Of a stretch of DNA of 64,000 nt, positions 1 to 22,635 are shown one piece after another. A program made the translations under genes and the position numbers. Below the pieces are notes generated by a model. The model was not told the origin of the DNA. It was given only the letters and a program-made list of their open reading frames with translations, and ran no database searches. Position 1 is the first letter of the stretch. Every line of letters begins with the position of its first letter. Source of the stretch: Caulobacterales bacterium (lineage in GTDB: Bacteria > Pseudomonadota > Alphaproteobacteria > Caulobacterales > Parvularculaceae). Location: assembly GCA_020638525.1 (NCBI GenBank), contig JACKIL010000013.1, positions 2,483 to 66,482 on the forward strand, in the 5' to 3' direction.

Positions 1-372
1 AGCATGAAAGTGGTCAAGAACCGTCTCGCCAAGATCGCCATGACTGGCAAGCCGAGCGAAAAGATCGCCCACCTCTTCAAGGGGCCGACCGCGATCGCTT
101 TCTCGGAAGACCCGGTCGCAGCGGCCAAGGCTGTCGAGAAGTACGCCAAAAAGAATGAAAAGCTCACCATTCTTGGCGGTGCGATGGGAGAGGAAATCTT
201 CGACGCGACGGGCGTGAAGGCTCTGGCCTCAATGCCGTCCCGCGAAGAGCTGCTCGGCTCCATCGTCCAAACCATCATGTCGCCGGCGGCCGAACTGGCC
301 GGAGCCATCTCGGCTCCGGGCTCGCAGATCGCTGCGATCCTCGAAACTCTGGAGAAGCGGGAAGCCGCCTAA
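1..372 (+). CDS. rplJ: 50S ribosomal protein L10 (5' truncated by window edge)
   Basis: [11 protein letters not shown]...GPTAIAFS...MPSREEL L10 motifs; directly upstream of rplL. Confidence 0.95.
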   Translation, partial: SMKVVKNRLAKIAMTGKPSEKIAHLFKGPTAIAFSEDPVAAAKAVEKYAKKNEKLTILGGAMGEEIFDATGVKALASMPSREELLGSIVQTIMSPAAELAGAISAPGSQIAAILETLEKREAA

Positions 373-436
373 GGCGAGCGACTCGGCGGCGCTTGCGCGT
401 CGCAACTGGATCAAATTCTAACTGGGAACCAAGAAA

Positions 437-817
437 ATGGCTGATCTTAAGAAACTTGCAGAAGAGCTCGTTGGCCTCACGCTCCTCGAAGCGGCTGAGC
501 TCAAGAAAATCCTGAAAGACGAGTACGGCATCGAGCCGGCCGCTGGCGCCGTTGCGGTCGCCATGCCGGGCGCCGGCGGTGGCGCGGCGGAAGCTGCTGA
601 AGAGAAAACCGAGTTCGACGTTATCCTCGTCGACGCGGGCGCGACCAAGATCAACGTGATCAAAGAAGTTCGCGCGATCACCAGCCTTGGCCTGAAAGAA
701 GCCAAAGACCTCGTCGAGGCCGGCGGCAAAGCGGTCAAGGAAGGCGTCTCGAAAGCCGAAGCCGAAGACATCAAGAAGAAACTCGAAGCGGCCGGCGCGA
801 AAGTCGAACTCAAGTAG
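437..817 (+). CDS. rplL: 50S ribosomal protein L7/L12
   Basis: [10 protein letters not shown]...[24 protein letters not shown]. Confidence 0.99.
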   Translation: MADLKKLAEELVGLTLLEAAELKKILKDEYGIEPAAGAVAVAMPGAGGGAAEAAEEKTEFDVILVDAGATKINVIKEVRAITSLGLKEAKDLVEAGGKAVKEGVSKAEAEDIKKKLEAAGAKVELK

Positions 818-1170
818 TTTTGTTCTTCCCGGTTCCCTGTGGAAAATCAGGGGCCGGGGCCAAGTGGTTAACTCCGGAGCCGCCATCAGGGCCTCAAAAG
901 GGCGAGAGGGCGGGTCCGGAGGCGAGGTCGCCAGCGCTTTTTTCCCCTTAGGGGGTTGCGGGGGCGGCATGGCGCGCCTATTAACGACGTTCGCCGTCGG
1001 CGGGTTACCGTCGGCGGCGCAAGGCTTTGCGGCGACGTGCTTCGGTCAATCGAGATCAAAAATTGAGGTTCTGAAACCCGCGGTTGCTTTGTGGCGACCC
1101 TGCGGGCGTTTTCGTGCACGCGCGAATTTACGCTGCGGTGCGAAAGCCCTGTGCTTTTAAGAGGAAAAAG

Positions 1171-5247
<4,077 letters not shown>

Positions 5248-5249
5248 GG

Positions 5250-5295
5250 GCGAGGGCGTTTAGCCCTCGCTTGCTCCTCCTCGCAGAGGCGGAGC
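5250..5295. promoter_or_regulatory. two tandem stem-loops in the rpoB-rpoC spacer
   Basis: gcgagggc-gttta-gccctcgc and gctcc.cctc-gca-gagg.ggagc; no U-tract. Confidence 0.45.
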
Positions 5296-5353
5296 GAGAC
5301 CGAAGTAAAGTTTTCAAGCGGATCGAATCCGCACCCGACCCCGAGAGGTTTGA

Positions 5354-9583
<4,230 letters not shown>

Positions 9584-9638
9584 CCGTCCGAAGGATAGCC
9601 ACGCCGGGGGCGCGAAAGCGCCCTCGGTCAGAAATCAG

Positions 9639-9670
9639 AACGGCGGCCCGAAAAACGGGCCGCCGTTTTC
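9639..9670 (+). terminator. intrinsic terminator after rpoC
   Basis: aacggcggcccg-aaaaa-cgggccgccgtt then T-run; preceded by a GAAA-loop hairpin at 9604-9627. Confidence 0.8.
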
Positions 9671-9863
9671 GTCTGTGGAAAAGAGAATCAGTCTCGTCGA
9701 GGAGCGGTTAGGACGGGTTTCCGGAGGCGGCTTTTCGGCCCAAAATCTCAGGCGCGAGCCTTGTTCGCCGCTTCCGGAGCGCCATATTCCCGATGGCGAG
9801 GTCGGCGCCCGCGACACATTGAAAGAATCTCGCTTGCTGGGGCCGAAAATCCATTGGCGCGTA

Positions 9864-9892
9864 TTGACCCAGGCGATTCGCGCTAGTATGGA
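9864..9892 (+). promoter_or_regulatory. candidate sigma70 promoter of the str operon
   Basis: TTGACC followed by gctagtatgg in the rpoC-rpsL spacer. Confidence 0.45.
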
Positions 9893-10100
9893 TCGCGCCG
9901 CTGGAAGGCCGGCAGTCATAGGCGTTTTTCTTAAAGCGTCTGTGAAACGCGGCTAGCCCTGCCGACTAATGTTGAGAAAAGTTTCGTTGAGCGGTGTTCC
10001 GCCTGCCGGGCCCCGCTCATTTGCGTCGTTGCGGAATTAGCCGTCGGCGCGAGGAAGGCCCAAGGTTTCGACCTCTCTTTGCCGAGGATTTGGAGAACGA

Positions 10101-10472
10101 ATGCCTACAGTCCAACAGCTGATCCGCAAACCGCGCAAGCCGCGGCGCAAGATCAACAAGGTGCCGGCGATGCAGGCATGCCCGCAGAAGCGCGGCGTGT
10201 GCACGCGCGTTTATACGACGACGCCGAAAAAGCCGAACTCGGCGCTTCGTAAGGTTGCGAAGATCCGCCTGACGAACGGCCATGAGGTGATCGGCTATAT
10301 CCCGGGCGAAGGCCACAACCTGCAGGAGCACTCCGTGGTGCTGATCCGCGGCGGCCGCGTGAAGGACCTTCCGGGTGTTCGCTACCACATCATCCGCGGC
10401 GTCCTCGACACGCAAGGCGTCAAGGACCGCAAGCAGCGCCGCTCGCTCTACGGCGCCAAACGGCCGAAATAG
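10101..10472 (+). CDS. rpsL: 30S ribosomal protein S12
   Basis: [25 protein letters not shown]. Confidence 0.99.
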   Translation: MPTVQQLIRKPRKPRRKINKVPAMQACPQKRGVCTRVYTTTPKKPNSALRKVAKIRLTNGHEVIGYIPGEGHNLQEHSVVLIRGGRVKDLPGVRYHIIRGVLDTQGVKDRKQRRSLYGAKRPK

Positions 10473-10952
<480 letters not shown>

Positions 10953-10981
10953 TCGGAATTTAGAGTTAGGGATCGCCAGTC

Positions 10982-13060
<2,079 letters not shown>

Positions 13061-13152
13061 CGGTTCGGGCGGGAGGGAGCCTCCTCCTCAAACGCGCCGA
13101 GGCGATCGGTAAGGAAAACTAGGAAAGTCGTCAGGAGACGGAGAGAAGTAAA

Positions 13153-14328
13153 ATGGCTAAAGCAAAGTTTGAACGCAACAAGCCGCATGCGAACGTTGGC
13201 ACGATCGGTCACGTCGACCACGGCAAAACGACCCTGACGGCCGCGATCACCAAATATTTCGGTGAATTCAAGGCTTATGACCAGATCGACGCCGCGCCGG
13301 AAGAAAAAGCCCGCGGCATCACGATCTCGACGGCTCACGTCGAATATGAAACGCCGAACCGCCACTACGCGCACGTCGACTGCCCCGGCCACGCCGACTA
13401 CGTGAAAAACATGATCACGGGCGCTGCGCAGATGGACGGCGCGATCCTCGTCGTTAACGCTGCTGACGGTCCCATGCCGCAAACGCGCGAGCACATTCTT
13501 CTCGCCCGTCAGGTCGGCGTGCCGGCGATCGTCGTCTACCTCAACAAAGTCGACCAGGTTGACGATCCGGAACTCCTCGACCTCGTCGAAATGGAAGTCC
13601 GTGAACTCCTGTCGTCCTACGAATTCCCGGGCGACGATATTCCGATCATCAAAGGCTCGGCGCTCGCCGCCCTCGAAGGCCGCGATCCGGAAATCGGCGA
13701 AAATTCGATCCGCGCGCTGATGGAAGCTGTCGACAGCTACATCCCGACGCCGGCCCGCCCGGTCGACCAGCCGTTCCTCCTGCCGATCGAAGACGTGTTC
13801 TCGATCTCGGGCCGCGGCACCGTCGTGACCGGCCGCGTTGAGCGCGGCGTCGTCAATGTCGGCGACGAACTCGAAATCGTCGGCATCAAAGACACGCAGA
13901 AAACGACCTGCACGGGCGTTGAAATGTTCCGCAAACTGCTCGATCGCGGTGAGGCTGGCGACAACGTTGGCGTTCTCCTCCGCGGCATCGATCGCGACAA
14001 AGTCGAGCGCGGCCAGGTTCTCTGCAAGCCGGGCTCGGTTACGCCGCACAAGAAGTTCGTGGCTGAAGCCTACATCCTCACGAAAGAGGAAGGCGGCCGT
14101 CACACCCCGTTCTTCACGAACTACCGTCCGCAGTTCTACTTCCGCACCACGGACGTGACGGGCATCGTCACGCTCAAGGAAGGCACGGAAATGGTCATGC
14201 CGGGCGACAACGTCGAAGTGAACGTCGAGCTCATCGTGCCGATCGCCATGGAAGAGAAGCTCCGCTTCGCTATCCGTGAAGGCGGTCGTACGGTCGGCGC
14301 CGGCATCGTCGCCAAGATCATCGAGTAG
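13153..14328 (+). CDS. tuf: elongation factor Tu
   Basis: [28 protein letters not shown]. Confidence 0.99.
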   Translation: MAKAKFERNKPHANVGTIGHVDHGKTTLTAAITKYFGEFKAYDQIDAAPEEKARGITISTAHVEYETPNRHYAHVDCPGHADYVKNMITGAAQMDGAILVVNAADGPMPQTREHILLARQVGVPAIVVYLNKVDQVDDPELLDLVEMEVRELLSSYEFPGDDIPIIKGSALAALEGRDPEIGENSIRALMEAVDSYIPTPARPVDQPFLLPIEDVFSISGRGTVVTGRVERGVVNVGDELEIVGIKDTQKTTCTGVEMFRKLLDRGEAGDNVGVLLRGIDRDKVERGQVLCKPGSVTPHKKFVAEAYILTKEEGGRHTPFFTNYRPQFYFRTTDVTGIVTLKEGTEMVMPGDNVEVNVELIVPIAMEEKLRFAIREGGRTVGAGIVAKIIE

Positions 14329-14345
14329 TCATTCAGGGTCATAAG

Positions 14346-14379
14346 GCGCGGACTGGCCTTCAAACCAGTCCGCGCTTTT
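14346..14379 (+). terminator. terminator-like hairpin between tuf and rpsJ
   Basis: perfect 11-bp stem gcgcggactgg/ccagtccgcgc followed by tttt. Confidence 0.7.
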
Positions 14380-14424
14380 CGTCTCAAGTAGTAGAACCAG
14401 AAACAGCGAAGCGTCACCGGAACC

Positions 14425-14736
14425 ATGCAACAGAACATCCGCATCCGACTTAAAGCGTTTGATCACCGCGTGCTCGACGCTTCGACGAAAGAAATCGTCA
14501 ACACCGCCAAGCGCACGGGCGCTCAGGTTCGCGGGCCGATCCCGCTGCCGACGCGCATTGAGCGTTTCACGGTCAACCGTTCGCCGCACATCGACAAGAA
14601 GAGCCGCGAGCAATTTGAAATGCGTACGCACAAACGCGTTCTCGATATTGTCGATCCGACCCCGCAAACGGTTGACGCGCTGATGAAGCTCGACCTTTCG
14701 GCCGGCGTCGACGTCGAAATCCGTTTGGGCGCGTAA
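14425..14736 (+). CDS. rpsJ: 30S ribosomal protein S10
   Basis: [11 protein letters not shown]...[14 protein letters not shown]. Confidence 0.99.
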   Translation: MQQNIRIRLKAFDHRVLDASTKEIVNTAKRTGAQVRGPIPLPTRIERFTVNRSPHIDKKSREQFEMRTHKRVLDIVDPTPQTVDALMKLDLSAGVDVEIRLGA

Positions 14737-14762
14737 GTTAGAGAGCCAGAGGAGCGATCACG

Positions 14763-15485
14763 ATGCGCACAGGGCTCATCGCCAAGAAACTCGGCATGAC
14801 GCGGATCTACCGCGAAGACGGCACGCATGTGCCTGTCACGGTCATGCAAATCGACAACTGCCAGGTGCTTGGTCAGCGTACGGCTGAAACGAGCGGCTAT
14901 ACGGCGCTGCAACTCGGCGCTGGCGAGAAGAAAGCCAAGCGCGTCAATCGCGCTGAGCGTGGCCAGTTCGCCGCCGTCAACGTTGCGCCGAAGGCGAAAG
15001 TCGCCGAGTTCCGCGTTTCGGAAGACAACATGATCGACATCGGCGCCGAACTTTCGGCGGAGCACTTCGTGCCGGGCCAGAAAGTCGACGTGACGGGCGA
15101 GACGATCGGTAAAGGTTTCGCCGGCGCCATGAAGCGTCACAACTTCGGCGGTCTTCGCGCCACGCACGGCGTCTCGGTCTCGCACCGCTCGCACGGTTCG
15201 ACCGGTCAACGCCAGGATCCGGGCCGGGTCTTCAAAGGCAAGAAAATGGCCGGCCACATGGGCGCCAAGCAACGCACGACGCAGAACATCGAAGTCGTTC
15301 GCATCGATGCGGGCCGCAACCTGGTTCTCCTGAAAGGCGCCATTCCGGGCCCGAAAGGCGGCTGGGTGCTGATCCGAGACGCGATCAAGCGCGAACTTCC
15401 GGCCGAAGCGCCGAAGCCGGGCGCGCTGCGCGGCAAAGCCGAAGCCGCTCCTGCGGAAGTCTCTGAAGATAAAGGCGCCGAATAA
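14763..15485 (+). CDS. rplC: 50S ribosomal protein L3
   Basis: [33 protein letters not shown]. Confidence 0.99.
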   Translation: MRTGLIAKKLGMTRIYREDGTHVPVTVMQIDNCQVLGQRTAETSGYTALQLGAGEKKAKRVNRAERGQFAAVNVAPKAKVAEFRVSEDNMIDIGAELSAEHFVPGQKVDVTGETIGKGFAGAMKRHNFGGLRATHGVSVSHRSHGSTGQRQDPGRVFKGKKMAGHMGAKQRTTQNIEVVRIDAGRNLVLLKGAIPGPKGGWVLIRDAIKRELPAEAPKPGALRGKAEAAPAEVSEDKGAE

Positions 15486-16102
15486 TGAAGCTCGACGTTC
15501 TCAACCTCGAAAGCGGCAAGGCGGGCTCGATCGATCTCGACGAGACGGTCTTCGGCCTTGAGCCGCGCAAAGACATTCTTCATCGCATGGTGACCTATCA
15601 GCTCGCCAAGCGTCAGCAAGGCACGCACAAGTCGAAGCCGCGCTGGGAAGTGAAAGCGACGTCGAAGAAGTTCGGCCGTCAAAAAGGCGGCGGCACGGCG
15701 CGTCACGGCAACAAGGCGGCCCCGCAATTCCGCGGCGGCGGCACGGCGCACGGACCTCGTCCGCGCAGCCATGCGATCGACCTGCCGAAGAAGGTGCGTC
15801 GTCTCGCCATGCGCCACGCGCTGTCGGCCAAGGTCGCCGCCAACGAGCTCTTCATCATTGAAGACGCGACGTCGGCCGCTTCGAAGACCAAAGCGCTGCG
15901 CGAGGCTTTCGCCAAGCTCGGCTTTGCGAACGCGCTGATCGTCGACGCCACGGTTGACGAGAAGTTCGGTCTCGCCGCCCGCAACATTCCGAATATCGAC
16001 GTGCTGCCGCTCGCCGGCGCAAACGTCTACGACATCCTGCGCCGTGAGAAACTCGTTCTCACGAAAGCGGCTGTCGCCGGCCTGGAGGCTCGCCTGAAAT
16101 GA
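15485..16102 (+). CDS. rplD: 50S ribosomal protein L4
   Basis: [11 protein letters not shown]...[13 protein letters not shown]; operon position. Confidence 0.98.
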   Translation: MKLDVLNLESGKAGSIDLDETVFGLEPRKDILHRMVTYQLAKRQQGTHKSKPRWEVKATSKKFGRQKGGGTARHGNKAAPQFRGGGTAHGPRPRSHAIDLPKKVRRLAMRHALSAKVAANELFIIEDATSAASKTKALREAFAKLGFANALIVDATVDEKFGLAARNIPNIDVLPLAGANVYDILRREKLVLTKAAVAGLEARLK

Positions 16103-16416
16103 GTAAAGCTCCGAAGAAAGCGGCTCCGGCCGAAAAGCACTTCGACACGCTGATCTCTCCGGTGATCACGGAGAAGTCGACCATGGCGTCGGAAAACAAC
16201 CAGGTTGTCTTCCGCGTGCCGCTGACGGCGACGAAGCCGGAGATCAAGGACGCTGTCGAAGCGCTCTTCAAGGTGAAGGTGAAAGCCGTCAACACCTTGC
16301 GCAACAAAGGCAAGAACAAGGTCTTCAAGGGCGTGCCTTACACGCGCTCCACAGTGAAGAAGGCCATCGTGACGCTCGAAGAAGGTCACTCGATCGACGT
16401 GACGACGGGCCTCTAA
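16099..16416 (+). CDS. rplW: 50S ribosomal protein L23
   Basis: [30 protein letters not shown]. Confidence 0.98.
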   Translation: MSKAPKKAAPAEKHFDTLISPVITEKSTMASENNQVVFRVPLTATKPEIKDAVEALFKVKVKAVNTLRNKGKNKVFKGVPYTRSTVKKAIVTLEEGHSIDVTTGL

Positions 16417-16434
16417 GCGGACGGATATTGAACA

Positions 16435-17274
16435 ATGGCGCTGAGAAAATTCAATCCGACTTCGCCTTCGCGCCGCCAGCTCGTGCTGGTGGACCGGAGC
16501 GAGCTTTGGAAGGGCGGCCCGGAAAAGTCGCTCACCGAAGGTCTTCATTCGAGCGGCGGCCGCAACAATCGCGGGCGCATCACCGTTCGTCGTCGCGGCG
16601 GCGGAGCCAAGAAGCTCTATCGCAAAATCGACTTCAAGCGGAACAAGTTCGACATCGAAGCCAAGGTCGAGCGCCTTGAATACGATCCGAACCGCACGGC
16701 GTTCATCGCGCTCGTGAAATATCTCGATGGCGACCTTGCTTACGTACTCGCGCCGCAGCGCCTCAAAGTCGGCGACAAGATCATCTCGGGCGACCGCGTT
16801 GACGTGAAGCCGGGCAATGCGATGCGCCTGAAGTCGATGCCGATCGGCACCATCATCCACAATGTGGAGATGAAGCCGGGCAAGGGCGGTCAGCTCGCGC
16901 GTTCGGCCGGCGCCTACGCCCAGCTCGTCGGCCGCGATGGCGGCATGGCGCAGATCCGCCTGCAATCGGGTGAAGTTCGCCTCGTGCCGGGCGAGTGCCT
17001 CGCCACGATCGGCGCGGTGTCGAACCCTGACCACCTCAACGAGACCGTCGGCAAAGCCGGCCGGGCTCGTCTTAAAGGTCGCCGCCCGGCTGTTCGCGGC
17101 GTCGCCATGAACCCGATCGACCACCCGCATGGCGGCGGCGAAGGCCGCACCTCGGGCGGCCGTCACCCGGTCACGCCGTGGGGCAAACCCACCAAGGGCC
17201 GCAAGACGCGCAAGAACAAGCGCACTGACAAGCTCATCATTCGCTCGCGTCACGCACGCAAGAAGTCGAGCTAG
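16435..17274 (+). CDS. rplB: 50S ribosomal protein L2
   Basis: [30 protein letters not shown]. Confidence 0.99.
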   Translation: MALRKFNPTSPSRRQLVLVDRSELWKGGPEKSLTEGLHSSGGRNNRGRITVRRRGGGAKKLYRKIDFKRNKFDIEAKVERLEYDPNRTAFIALVKYLDGDLAYVLAPQRLKVGDKIISGDRVDVKPGNAMRLKSMPIGTIIHNVEMKPGKGGQLARSAGAYAQLVGRDGGMAQIRLQSGEVRLVPGECLATIGAVSNPDHLNETVGKAGRARLKGRRPAVRGVAMNPIDHPHGGGEGRTSGGRHPVTPWGKPTKGRKTRKNKRTDKLIIRSRHARKKSS

Positions 17275-17291
17275 GACGCCGGAGAAAGATC

Positions 17292-17570
17292 ATGTCACGT
17301 TCCGTCTGGAAAGGCCCTTTCATCGACCGCTACCTGCTCGCGAAAGCCGAGCAGGCGCAGGGCGGCGCGCATAAGGGCGGCATCAAAACCTGGTCGCGTC
17401 GTTCGACCGTGCTGCCGCACTTCGTGGGCCTCACGTTCAACGTTTACAACGGCCACAAATTCATCCCGGTGCACGTCACCGAGGACATGGTCGGTCACAA
17501 GCTCGGCGAGTTCGCGCCGACGCGGACCTACACCGGCCATGGCGCCGACAAGAAGGCGAAGAGAGGCTAA
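17292..17570 (+). CDS. rpsS: 30S ribosomal protein S19
   Basis: [21 protein letters not shown]. Confidence 0.99.
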   Translation: MSRSVWKGPFIDRYLLAKAEQAQGGAHKGGIKTWSRRSTVLPHFVGLTFNVYNGHKFIPVHVTEDMVGHKLGEFAPTRTYTGHGADKKAKRG

Positions 17571-17573
17571 GCC

Positions 17574-17954
17574 ATGGGTCAGAAGAAAAACGCGCGCCGT
17601 GTCGCCGAGAATGCGGCGATGGCCAAAGGCAAGATGATCAAGACCTCGCCCCAGAAGCTTAACCTGGTGGCGCAGACGATCCGCGGCAAGAAAGTGGAGA
17701 AGGCGCTCGCCGAACTCCAGTTCTCGCGCAAGCGCGTCGCCAAGCAGGTCAAGAGCGTGCTCGAAAGCGCGATCGCCAACGCCGAGAACAACCATGATCT
17801 CGACATTGACGCGCTCGTCGTGAGCCAGGCTTTTGTCGGCAAGAACCTGGTGATGAAGCGCTGGAGCCCCCGTGGCCGCGGCCGCGTCGGCAAGATCATG
17901 AAGCCGTTCGCCGAGATTACGATCGTCGTCAAAGAAGTTGAGGAGGCCGCTTAA
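17574..17954 (+). CDS. rplV: 50S ribosomal protein L22
   Basis: [25 protein letters not shown]. Confidence 0.98.
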   Translation: MGQKKNARRVAENAAMAKGKMIKTSPQKLNLVAQTIRGKKVEKALAELQFSRKRVAKQVKSVLESAIANAENNHDLDIDALVVSQAFVGKNLVMKRWSPRGRGRVGKIMKPFAEITIVVKEVEEAA

Positions 17955-18673
17955 TGGGCCAGAAGGTCAACCCCATCGGTCTGCGTCTCGGGATCAACCG
18001 GACCTGGGATTCGCGCTGGTTCGCGAACAAAGGTCCTTATGCCGATCTTCTTCACGAAGACCTGGCGATCCGGAAATATCTTCAGGAGCGCCTGAAGCAG
18101 GCCGGCGTGTCGCGCATCATCATCGAGCGCCCGCACAAGAAGTGCCGCGTGACGATCTATACGGCCCGTCCGGGCGTCGTGATCGGCAAGAAAGGCGCGG
18201 ACATCGAGAAGCTGCGTCTTGAGCTTTCGAAGCTGTCGTCTTCGGAAACGGTTCTCAACATCGTTGAGATCCGCAAGCCGGAGATCGATGCGACGCTCGT
18301 CGCCGAGAACATCGCCCAGCAGCTCGAGCGCCGGGTTGCATTCCGCCGCGCTATGAAGCGCGCAATGCAGACGGCTCAGCGCATGGGCGCTCTCGGCATC
18401 CGCGTTACGGTTTCCGGCCGCCTTGGCGGCGCGGAGATCGCGCGTACGGAATGGTATCGCGAAGGCCGCGTTCCGCTGCACACGCTGCGTGCGGATATCG
18501 ATTACGGCGTCGCGACCGCGCGCACGACCTACGGCGCCATCGGCGTGAAGGTGTGGATCTTCAAAGGCGAGATCATGGAACATGATCCGCTCGCGCAGGA
18601 AAAACGTCTGATCGACGCGCAGACCGGCGGCGTTGCCCGCCGTGAAGACTCGCGCGGCGAACAGCACGCGTAA
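17954..18673 (+). CDS. rpsC: 30S ribosomal protein S3
   Basis: [27 protein letters not shown]. Confidence 0.99.
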   Translation: MGQKVNPIGLRLGINRTWDSRWFANKGPYADLLHEDLAIRKYLQERLKQAGVSRIIIERPHKKCRVTIYTARPGVVIGKKGADIEKLRLELSKLSSSETVLNIVEIRKPEIDATLVAENIAQQLERRVAFRRAMKRAMQTAQRMGALGIRVTVSGRLGGAEIARTEWYREGRVPLHTLRADIDYGVATARTTYGAIGVKVWIFKGEIMEHDPLAQEKRLIDAQTGGVARREDSRGEQHA

Positions 18674-18694
18674 GATAGGGATTGGAGACGGGCG

Positions 18695-19108
18695 ATGTTG
18701 CAGCCGAAGCGGACCAAATTCCGCAAACAGTTCAAAGGGCGCATTCACGGCGTCGCTAAAGGCGGCACGGACCTCAATTTCGGGTCGCATGGCCTGAAAG
18801 CGGTCGAGCCCGAGCGCATCACGGCGCGTCAGATCGAGGCTTCGCGCCGCGCGATCACCCGCGCGATGAAGCGCGCCGGCCGCGTCTGGATCCGCGTGTT
18901 CCCGGACGTTCCGGTTTCGAAGAAGCCGACCGAAGTCCGCATGGGTTCCGGTAAAGGTACGCCGGAATACTGGGTTGCGCGCATCAAGCCGGGCCGGATC
19001 ATCTTCGAGATCGACGGCGTCACAGAAGAAGTCGCTCAAGAAGCGCTCGCACTCGGCGCTGCGAAGCTGCCGATCAAGACGCGCGTCGTGAAGCGCATTG
19101 GCGAATAG
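18695..19108 (+). CDS. rplP: 50S ribosomal protein L16
   Basis: [20 protein letters not shown]. Confidence 0.99.
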   Translation: MLQPKRTKFRKQFKGRIHGVAKGGTDLNFGSHGLKAVEPERITARQIEASRRAITRAMKRAGRVWIRVFPDVPVSKKPTEVRMGSGKGTPEYWVARIKPGRIIFEIDGVTEEVAQEALALGAAKLPIKTRVVKRIGE

Positions 19109-19119
19109 GAGCAAGTCAG

Positions 19120-19320
19120 ATGAAAGCGTCTGAAGTGCGCAGCATGACTGTCGATCAGCTGAAGGACAAACTCTTCCAGCTGAAGAAAGAGCAGTTCAAC
19201 CTCCGCTTCCAGAAGGCCTCGGGCCAGCTGGAGCGCACGGCGCGGATCGGCGAAGTTCGCCGCGACATCGCGCGCGTGAAGACCATCCTGCGCGAGAAAG
19301 CCGCGCCGGCGGCGAACTAG
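19120..19320 (+). CDS. rpmC: 50S ribosomal protein L29
   Basis: [11 protein letters not shown]...RRDIARVKT. Confidence 0.98.
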   Translation: MKASEVRSMTVDQLKDKLFQLKKEQFNLRFQKASGQLERTARIGEVRRDIARVKTILREKAAPAAN

Positions 19321-19335
19321 GAAGAGGCGAAGAAG

Positions 19336-19578
19336 ATGCCGAAACGAATTCTGCAGGGCACGGTCGTCAGCGACAAAGGCGCGAAGACGGTTGTCGTCAG
19401 CGTCGACCGTATTTTCACGCACCCGCTCTATCAGAAGACGGTGCGCCGCTCGAAGCGCTACCACGCTCACGATGACGCCGACACGTTCAAGGTGGGCGAT
19501 ATCGTGCAGATCCAGGAATGCGCGCCGAAGTCGAAACTGAAGCGCTGGGAAGTCATCGGGCTCGGCTCGAAGGGCTAG
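19336..19578 (+). CDS. rpsQ: 30S ribosomal protein S17
   Basis: [27 protein letters not shown]. Confidence 0.98.
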   Translation: MPKRILQGTVVSDKGAKTVVVSVDRIFTHPLYQKTVRRSKRYHAHDDADTFKVGDIVQIQECAPKSKLKRWEVIGLGSKG

Positions 19579-19628
19579 TTGAAGATCGAATTGGGAAGGC
19601 CGGGCCGTAGGGTTCGGGGAGGGTCGAT

Positions 19629-19997
19629 ATGATCCAGATGCAAACGAATTTGGACGTCGCCGACAACTCTGGCGCTAAGCGCGTTCAGTGCATCAAAGTG
19701 CTGGGCGGGGCCGGGCGCCGTTACGCAGGCGTCGGCGACATCATCGTCGTGTCGGTGAAAGAGGCGATTCCGCGCGGCCGGGTCAAAAAAGGCCAGGTCA
19801 TGAAAGCGGTCGTCGTTCGCACGGCGAAAGACATCAAACGCCGCGACGGTTCGGTCATCCGCTTCGATCGCAACGCCGCCGTTCTGATCAACAACAATAA
19901 AGAGCCGATCGGCACTCGTATCTTTGGCCCGGTGACGCGCGAGCTTCGCGCCGCCAACCACATGAAGATCGTGTCGCTCGCGCCGGAAGTGCTCTGA
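19629..19997 (+). CDS. rplN: 50S ribosomal protein L14
   Basis: [26 protein letters not shown]. Confidence 0.99.
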   Translation: MIQMQTNLDVADNSGAKRVQCIKVLGGAGRRYAGVGDIIVVSVKEAIPRGRVKKGQVMKAVVVRTAKDIKRRDGSVIRFDRNAAVLINNNKEPIGTRIFGPVTRELRAANHMKIVSLAPEVL

Positions 19998-20009
19998 AAG
20001 GATTTCGAG

Positions 20010-20321
20010 ATGGCCGCGAAAATCAAAAAGGGCGATAAAGTCGTCGTGCTTGCGGGCAAGTACCGCGGCGTCGAAGGCGAGGTGCTCCAGGTGCTCCCGC
20101 AAGACGACCGCGTCGTCGTGCGCGGCGTCAATGTCATCAAGAAGCACCAGCGCCAGACGCCGGCTCAGCAAGGCGGGATCATTTCCCGCGAAGCGCCGAT
20201 CCACGTCTCGAACGTTGCGCTGAGCGCTGACGGCAAACCGTCGCGCGTTGGATTCAAGATCATGGACGACGGGCGCAAAGTGCGCGTCGCCAAGAAGTCC
20301 GGAGAGGTTATCGATGGCTGA
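20010..20321 (+). CDS. rplX: 50S ribosomal protein L24
   Basis: [14 protein letters not shown] (KOW), EAPIHVSNV. Confidence 0.98.
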   Translation: MAAKIKKGDKVVVLAGKYRGVEGEVLQVLPQDDRVVVRGVNVIKKHQRQTPAQQGGIISREAPIHVSNVALSADGKPSRVGFKIMDDGRKVRVAKKSGEVIDG

Positions 20322-20886
20322 GGCTCAGAGCTATACGCCGCGTCTGAAGACCCTTTATCAGAACGAGATCCGCTCGCGTCTGATCGAGAAGTTCAGCTAC
20401 GCGAACCCGATGATGACGCCGAGGATCACCAAGATCGTCGTCAACATGGGCGTCGGCGACGCCGTCAACGACCGCAAGGCCGTCGAAGCGGCCGCAGTCG
20501 ATCTCGCGAAAATCGCGGGGCAGAAAGCGGTCATCACGAAAGCCAAGAAATCCATCGCGAGCTTCAAGGTTCGCGAAGGCATGGCGATCGGCTGCAAGGT
20601 CACCCTTCGCTCCGACCGCATGTATGAGTTTCTCGACCGGCTCGTCACGATCGCGCTGCCGCGCGTTCGCGACTTCCGCGGCCTGTCGGGCAAGAGCTTT
20701 GACGGCCGGGGCAATTACGCTCTCGGCCTCAAGGAACACATCGTGTTCCCGGAAATCGACTACGACAAAGTCGACAAGGTTCGCGGCATGGACATCATCG
20801 TTTGCACGACTGCGCGGACGGACGCAGAAGCGCGCGCCCTGCTCGACGAGTTCAACTTCCCGTTCCGCAAAGACGCGAAGAAATAG
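20314..20886 (+). CDS. rplE: 50S ribosomal protein L5
   Basis: [19 protein letters not shown]; start moved to ATG 20314. Confidence 0.98.
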   Translation: MAEAQSYTPRLKTLYQNEIRSRLIEKFSYANPMMTPRITKIVVNMGVGDAVNDRKAVEAAAVDLAKIAGQKAVITKAKKSIASFKVREGMAIGCKVTLRSDRMYEFLDRLVTIALPRVRDFRGLSGKSFDGRGNYALGLKEHIVFPEIDYDKVDKVRGMDIIVCTTARTDAEARALLDEFNFPFRKDAKK

Positions 20887-20929
20887 GCAAGGTCCGGACG
20901 AACCGGAAACCGGCTTAAGGAGACAGTAA

Positions 20930-21235
20930 ATGGCCAAAAAAGGAATGCTTGAGCGCAACAAGAAGCGTCAACGGATGTCGAAGCAATTCGACGCCAAGCG
21001 CGAGCGACTCAAGGCGATTATCAAGGACCAGTCGAAGCCGGCTGAAGAGCGCTTCGACGCGGTGCTTAAACTCGCCGAAGTGCCGCGCAACGCTTCGAAG
21101 ACGCGCGTTCGCAACCGCTGCCTGGTGTCGGGGCGTCCGCGCGGGTTCTACCGGAAGCTGAAGATGTCGCGCGTCGCGCTGCGTCAGCTGGGCTCGGAAG
21201 GGCTCATCCCGGGTTTGGTGAAATCGAGCTGGTAA
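20930..21235 (+). CDS. rpsN: 30S ribosomal protein S14 (long, zinc-free type)
   Basis: [20 protein letters not shown]; 101 aa with a single Cys. Confidence 0.98.
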   Translation: MAKKGMLERNKKRQRMSKQFDAKRERLKAIIKDQSKPAEERFDAVLKLAEVPRNASKTRVRNRCLVSGRPRGFYRKLKMSRVALRQLGSEGLIPGLVKSSW

Positions 21236-21248
21236 GGGGCATCCCAAG

Positions 21249-21647
21249 ATGGCGATCAACGACCCCATCGGTGATCTGATCACCCGTTTGCGCAATGCTC
21301 AGATGCGCAACCACCAAGTGACGTCGGTTCCGGCTTCGCGTCTTCGCGGCTGGGTCCTCGACGTGCTGGCGGACGAAGGTTACATCCGCGGTTATTCGCG
21401 CGTCGAAAAAGACGGCGAGCAACCGGTGTTTGAAGTCGAGCTGAAATATTTCGACGGCGCGCCCGTGATCTCGAAGATCCAGCGCGTTTCGAAGCCGGGC
21501 CGGCGCGTTTATTCGTCGGTCAAGGAACTGACCTCGGTCAGGAACGGGCTCGGCATTTCTATTCTGTCCACGCCGAAGGGCGTGATGTCGGACGCGGCGG
21601 CGCGCGCAGCCAATGTTGGCGGCGAAGTGCTCTGCCAAGTCTACTAG
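21249..21647 (+). CDS. rpsH: 30S ribosomal protein S8
   Basis: [27 protein letters not shown]. Confidence 0.99.
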   Translation: MAINDPIGDLITRLRNAQMRNHQVTSVPASRLRGWVLDVLADEGYIRGYSRVEKDGEQPVFEVELKYFDGAPVISKIQRVSKPGRRVYSSVKELTSVRNGLGISILSTPKGVMSDAAARAANVGGEVLCQVY

Positions 21648-21670
21648 GCGTTTGCGAGGAGACGAGACCC

Positions 21671-22204
21671 ATGTCCCGTATCGGCAAGAAACCGGTCGCA
21701 GTTCCGAAGGGCGTCACCGTTTCGGTGAACGGCCAGACGGTTACGGCCAAAGGCCCGAAAGGCGAACTCAAATTCGTCGTCAACGACCTGTGCTCGGTCG
21801 CGCTTGAGAGCGACCAGGTTTCGGTGACGCCGGTCGACAAGTCGAAGGCGGCGCGCTCGCAGTGGGGCATGAGCCGCACGATGATCGCGAACATGATGCA
21901 GGGCGTGAGCAATGCATTCTCTCGCAAGCTCGAGCTCGTCGGCGTCGGTTATCGTGCGCAGATGAAGGGCAACTCGCTCAGCCTCGCGCTCGGCTTCTCG
22001 CACGACGTCGATTTCCCGACGCCTGCGGGCATCAAGATCGAAACGCCGAAGCCGACCGAGATCATTATCTCCGGCATCGACAAGCAGCTTGTCGGCGAAA
22101 CCGCCGCCAAAATCCGCAGCTATCGTCCGCCCGAGCCCTACAAAGGCAAAGGCGTGAAGTACGAAGGCGAATACATCTTCCGCAAGGAAGGTAAGAAGAA
22201 GTAA
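21671..22204 (+). CDS. rplF: 50S ribosomal protein L6
   Basis: [19 protein letters not shown]. Confidence 0.99.
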   Translation: MSRIGKKPVAVPKGVTVSVNGQTVTAKGPKGELKFVVNDLCSVALESDQVSVTPVDKSKAARSQWGMSRTMIANMMQGVSNAFSRKLELVGVGYRAQMKGNSLSLALGFSHDVDFPTPAGIKIETPKPTEIIISGIDKQLVGETAAKIRSYRPPEPYKGKGVKYEGEYIFRKEGKKK

Positions 22205-22249
22205 CGGAACGCCGTCCATCGGGGCGGATGAGATTGGGAAGCGACAGCC

Positions 22250-22615
22250 ATGGCTGACACCGCAAGAAAACTATACAACAAGCGCGCGCAGCGGACCCGC
22301 ACCAAGCTTGCGAAGGTCGCTGGCGAGCGTCCTCGCCTGTCGGTGTTCCGTTCGTCCAAGAACATCGCGGCGCAGATCATCGACGACAAGAGCGGCAAGA
22401 CGATCGTCTCCGCATCGTCGCTCGACAAGGATCTGCGTGAGGCGATCGGCAAAGGCTCGAACAAGGACGCCGCCGCTCAAGTGGGCAAAGCGCTCGCCGA
22501 ACGCGCGAAAGGCGCCGGCGTCGCCGAGGTCGTCTTCGATCGCGGCGGCTACATTTATCATGGGCGCGTGAAAGCGCTCGCCGAGGCGGCTCGCGAAGCC
22601 GGCCTCAACTTCTAG
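22250..22615 (+). CDS. rplR: 50S ribosomal protein L18
   Basis: [25 protein letters not shown]. Confidence 0.99.
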   Translation: MADTARKLYNKRAQRTRTKLAKVAGERPRLSVFRSSKNIAAQIIDDKSGKTIVSASSLDKDLREAIGKGSNKDAAAQVGKALAERAKGAGVAEVVFDRGGYIYHGRVKALAEAAREAGLNF

Positions 22616-22635
22616 GGTTCTGAAGGAGATTATTG

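Noticed and set aside
818-1170. ORF 864-1160, extended rpoB start at 1084, and hairpin at 828-858
   Set aside because: rpoB homology and SD point to ATG 1171; the small ORF has no protein-like features; the hairpin has no downstream U-tract, so no terminator call was made
9584-10100. 517-bp rpoC-rpsL spacer as a possible sRNA or small gene
   Set aside because: Accounted for by a terminator, a candidate promoter and a leader; no RNA family recognised, though a covariance search was not possible
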